Below, piece by piece: positions 59,440-64,000 of a stretch of DNA of 64,000 nt. The position numbers were made by a program, and so were the translations under genes. The DNA comes from Eledone cirrhosa (taxonomy: Eukaryota). Within the stretch, counting starts at the first letter, position 1. Every line of letters begins with the position of its first letter. The notes below the pieces were generated by a model, which saw nothing but the letters and a program-made list of their open reading frames with translations, did no database searches and was not told the origin of the DNA. The DNA is taken from the NCBI GenBank assembly GCA_964016885.1, contig OZ024755.1, positions 23,374,001-23,438,000 on the forward strand, written 5' to 3'.

Positions 59440-60320
59440 GCTGAAAGCTAATCCTAGTGACCTCTCTCATTTGACAACATGGCTCCCTATAATGCCAACT
59501 GGATGTAATCATGAACGAGCTATCACATGCACTCATTTCCACCATCAAAACATCTTGGCAGATCTTTGTAGACACTGTCCCAAATATATGTCCCAAACAC
59601 ACCCCACCAAGACCTGTGAACAAAACTAAGTGCAGTATCCCCCAAAACAGAAAAAACTATTATTAAAAAAGAAGAAAAAAAAATGAACACATTCAAATAA
59701 TGCCAACAGCAACACTCCTTCAATGGCTATCGATTTGCTTGAATCAAATAAATATAACCTCCAACAATGCAGGAAGACCATCAGCAATAACCAAAGAACA
59801 GCTGAGGAGAAATGGGCCATTGAGAAAATCCAACTCAACCCCAAAGTGTTCTATTCATTTGCAAAAAAAAAACACAAGGTCACTGCCTCCATTGTTGGCC
59901 CTCTAATTGATGAAAATGGTGCTCTCCTAGATAATGCCAACACCATGGGTGTGATACTGCAGAAACAATACTGCTCTGTTTTCAGCAATCCTGATATGGC
60001 CGATCTGGGCCGTATCAGTGATGTTAATTCCCAACACACTATATCGGATATAATGTTTGGCCCTCCAATGTCTTAGCGGCAATAAACGAAATTAAACACA
60101 ATTCAGCAGTAGGCCCCGATAGGTTCCCTGCTTGTGTCTTGAAGGTGTGTCGACACCAAATTGCATCTCTTCTTGCTGATCTGTGGAGGGAACTCACTGG
60201 ACACTGGCTATATTCCTGAAAACTTTCTGTCCCAGTTTTCAAAAAGGTAAACAAGTCCCTCTCATATCATCAAGGTATTTGAGAAGGTGGTGAGATCATG
60301 AATAACCCACTTCCTCGAGT
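59440..60320 (+). mobile_element. Older diverged CR1-group LINE fragment (relative of copies 1-4)
   Basis: EEKWAIEKIQLNPKVFYSFAKK...GPLIDENG...[16 protein letters not shown], with frameshifts and deletions. Confidence 0.88.
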
Positions 60321-61357
60321 GTATAAAACAAAAAATAAATACCTTTCTCTCAGCAAAAAGGGTACGATTGAATCAAAATAATTTGAAAATGAACTTTAAA
60401 TCATTAAAGAAATAACAACAACAACAACAACAAAACGTCATCCTTGAAGATCAACAATTTTGTGAATATACAGTTTTCTTTAATTCAAAGATAACTTACT
60501 TCAGATTTTACAGATAAATTTGTGATAGATAACTACCACAAAGGAATAGCCATTGTTCTTTGAACCTTCCAATGGAATATATAGAATATGAAATAATAAA
60601 TAAAAAAAAAACAATTAATCTTCAAATTAATTACATATTTAAAAGATTCTTGTGAGGCAACACAAGTAAAGTTAGGGTTAGTTTTAAGGATATACTAAGT
60701 CTACCTTTACAGTGAGGTGAAATGACTTACTGAGGCACTGAGTTTATAACCCCTGAAAAATACAATAGAACATTGTTTGAAATAGTCGAGAAATTTTTCT
60801 TATGAGGGCATATTAGATTTCATTCTAAACATAGCTTCATTATAGAAGTTTTATTTTTAATGTTTGGTATATCAGAGAATTAATAGCATTGACTATATCT
60901 TGTAGATAGAAATATAGCTATTGTGAAACTAAACTTAACATTAACTATTATGTAATTCTATATACTTACTTAAATATGAATGATAAATATTTAGTTTCAT
61001 TAACCTCATCCAGATTTTTAATCAGAAACCTCTGATATTTTGCTTAATTAGAGTTATTAGAGCAGAACAAGAAATCCTACTTTTATTAAAAAAAAAAAAA
61101 ATAATTGAAATTCCATATATATATATAGATAAGTGAAAACTATAACTGGTATTATATTTTGGTAGATGACTGAAAGTATATTCATACCAAGATAGCTTGG
61201 TTCAAAATCATGTGTTTACTGCCATTGTGCATTGAAGAAGGTTACAGAGCAAAAGGCTGAAGGCAACATTTGCAGGGACAATAAACAGCAATATTTTTTA
61301 TTAAGGTCTGCTCACAGAAGCTTTTCATCATTTATTTCAATCAATTTAGAAAAAGAT

Positions 61358-61421
61358 TCAAAGCTGAATCCCCTCAGATAGTTGCATTGACTGAAAGCCC
61401 CCAGAAAACCCAATTTCATCA
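61358..61421 (-). CDS. Possible terminal coding exon of an unidentified minus-strand gene
   Basis: Minus strand: TACTTAC branch-like motif, T-rich tract and tttAG, then t-GAT GAA ATT GGG TTT TCT GGG GGC TTT CAG TCA ATG CAA CTA TCT GAG GGG ATT CAG CTT TGA (DEIGFSGGFQSMQLSEGIQL*). The lower-coordinate flank is non-repetitive and UTR-like. No homology recognised. Confidence 0.3.
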
Positions 61422-61676
61422 CTAAACAACAATAAAATATTTGTAAGTAAATAAATATATACAGCTTTTTGGTCTCGGAGAAAAACTGACCAGAAAACTT
61501 GGTCACAGATTTAAGCAGAGATGAAAGTTTAAATACACACACACACAATACATATATATATATATTGTGTGTGTGTGTGTATTTACATACACATACATAT
61601 ATATAAATATATATACATACATACATATAAATATATATACACATACATATATATATACACACACACATATATATAT

Positions 61677-61766
<90 letters not shown>

Positions 61767-62026
61767 TACATACACACATATATATATATATATATAAATT
61801 ACAGTGCAAGTAGACAACACGAATGTGTACATATGGCACATTCAGTATGGAAACCATGTTTGAAAATCGAATTAGAATTGGGAAAATGAGAGAACAATTA
61901 TTTTATCATTTTTTTTCATTCTTTGAGGGGTGTATTTCATCAACCAGAAACATTTTAGTTATCACTGTTAAAGATTATTAAAAATTAATAGGGATGCATC
62001 ATAGTGTCCAATTAAATAATATTGAA

Positions 62027-62197
62027 CCCTTTAGCATTTAAATTATTCTATATGTATTGTTATATTTTCATGGTAAAGGCTTTATCTCTTTTGAGAACAC
62101 TACCTTAACATAGGTATGAGTGGCCAGTTACAGCCGGTTTGAACAGAAAGAGGTGAAAGACTTCCGGCCGGATACGGCTGGTTTAAATGCTAAAGGG
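62027..62197. mobile_element. piggyBac-type MITE
   Basis: TIRs CCCTTTAGCATTTAAA / TTTAAATGCTAAAGGG, with TTAA on the right and TGAA (one mismatch) on the left. Confidence 0.7.
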
Positions 62198-63254
62198 TTA
62201 AAAAGGATCTTTTCTCTATTGAACATCAATACTGAACCTCAAACAGTGAATGAAATTAAAAATCTAATAAATAAATATTGAAGATTAAAAGAAAATAATT
62301 TGATGAAATATAGAAATAATTACAAGAAATCATTATGAAGGCAAAGTCATATATTAAAACTTGATAGATTTATAACAAGATCTAACTAATTAAAATCAGA
62401 AAAACTAATGGAGAAATTTTGTATATTTTGTGACAAAAAGACATTAGTAGAATTAGGAGTTCAAAATATACCCCAATCCCAACAAAGAATCAAATACATA
62501 CATACTTGAGAAAGAGAAAAGGATAAGAAAGCTTTAATAATTGTTTTTATGAAAGGTATATGAATGAGCCTGAATTTTATCACAGTGAACTAAACTTTCT
62601 CTTTATCCTTTCTCCATACACAAGTCCAACACAAAAAACTAATTTCTATTTGCTTCAGTGCATTATTGATGGACAAGAAAAATATTTGTGTATGTGTGTT
62701 CGCACACATGCACCAGGAAATTGGGCTTGACAATAGGAGGCACATTGAAAATAACTTGTTTGTTTAGTAAAAATAATCTTTACTGAATTAGGTAAACATC
62801 AGAATATTGAAAATGTTAAAGAAGAAAGAATACTTTGAACGTTAGCAAATAAACTCAAAGAGAAGAGAGGCTTTGATTTGCTATGTCTTATGAACAGTTA
62901 ACATTAACACAGACGCATACACTAGGTCTTATTACTATAGCTACACACATAAACACAGACATATACATAGGTCTTATTACTATAACTATATACAAATAAT
63001 AGCCGAGAAAGAAAAAAAAAGACTCAAGTTTCTAGAAAACTGAAGAGTGGAGCAGGTTTTAAAAGAGACACAGAACTAGAATTTAGAAGCCATTCCTCAC
63101 TGACTATTTCAGAAGAAATTCAACTATTAATGAAACAGAGAATATTAGAAAGAAACAAAGATCAAGTCAAAATTTCTTATAATTTTGTAATTCATCATTT
63201 ACAAAATCAATTCATCATTTTCTTTCTTTAAATTAGTACCAAATAATTGCATAA

Positions 63255-64000
63255 TAATTGTTTCTACTTTAGGCACAAAGCCAGCAATTTTTGGGGGAGG
63301 GGAAGAAAGTCGATTAAATCAACCCCAGTCCAATACTGAAACTTTATTTTATCAACTCTGTAAGGATGAAAGGCAAAGCTAACGTTAGCGGGATTTGAAC
63401 TCAGAGCTTAAAGGGTTGTAACTATATGCTACAAAGCATGGTGTCTGATGCTCTATCGATACTGCCAATCCACTGGCACAATAATTGCATATTGATAATA
63501 ATGGTTTCTGATTTAGGCCCAAGGTCAGCAATTTGGGAGAGGGGAAAGTTGACCTTGGCGGGATTTGAACTTAGAGCGCAGACAGCCAGAACAAATACTG
63601 CAAAGTGTTCTACCTGATGCTCTAACGACTCAGCTAATACACAATAATAATGATAAAATAATAATAATTGTTTCTACTTTTGGTACAAGGCCAGCAATTA
63701 CCCAGTACATTACTGGTACTTTATTTTATCGACCCTGTAAGGCAAAGTTAACCTTGGCGGGATTTGAACTCAGACCATAAAGGGACGTAACTATGCTGGA
63801 AAGCATGGCGTCCGACTCTCTACCGATACTGCCAATAATAATAATAATAATGATTTCTGATTTAGGCACAAGGCCAGCAATTTTTTTTGGGGGGGGGGGG
63901 GGGGGGGTTGCTGAAATCGACCCCAGTGCATTACTGGTACTTTATTTTATTAACCCTGTAAGGATGAAAGGCAAAGCTAACCTTGGCAGGATTTGAACTC
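63255..64000 (-). mobile_element. Cluster of about four head-to-tail tRNA-derived SINE copies
   Basis: Repeated GGCACAAGGCCAGCAATT...GGATGAAAGGCAAAG...GGATTTGAACTC blocks separated by (ATA)n tails. Confidence 0.8.

Overview
This is AT-rich, repeat-dense animal genomic DNA. The repeat families and extreme (TA)n content suggest a cephalopod (Octopus-like) genome; that is inference. The only well-supported host gene is the last three coding exons of a pyruvate dehydrogenase complex E3-binding protein (PDHX-like, + strand, 109-2338). It lacks the catalytic His of DLAT and has a ~50-aa C-terminal extension. The rest is repetitive: (1) a 7,568-bp array of 43-bp units (exactly 176 x 43) with internal block duplications, 8467-16034; (2) roughly 17 kb of degenerate (TA)n fields holding young CR1-group LINEs, RTE LINEs (one family has a PHD finger inside the RT, one copy has a twin-priming-type 5' inversion) and a non-autonomous RTE-related element; (3) tRNA-derived SINEs, Tc1/mariner and piggyBac-type MITEs, and an LTR RNase H relic; (4) an unclassified composite repeat present in direct and inverted blocks (16.2-19.8 kb and 38.3-46.8 kb); (5) several fold-back palindromes. 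The most notable unannotated signals are type I hammerhead ribozyme motifs of the kind carried by Penelope-like elements. The best is 28431-28518, with a U3-A8 compensatory core; others are at 40238-40340 and 33917-33956, plus two relics. A possible terminal exon of a minus-strand gene lies at 61358-61421. Most long ORFs in the supplied track are artefacts of tandem or microsatellite sequence. All coordinates and alignments were read by eye.
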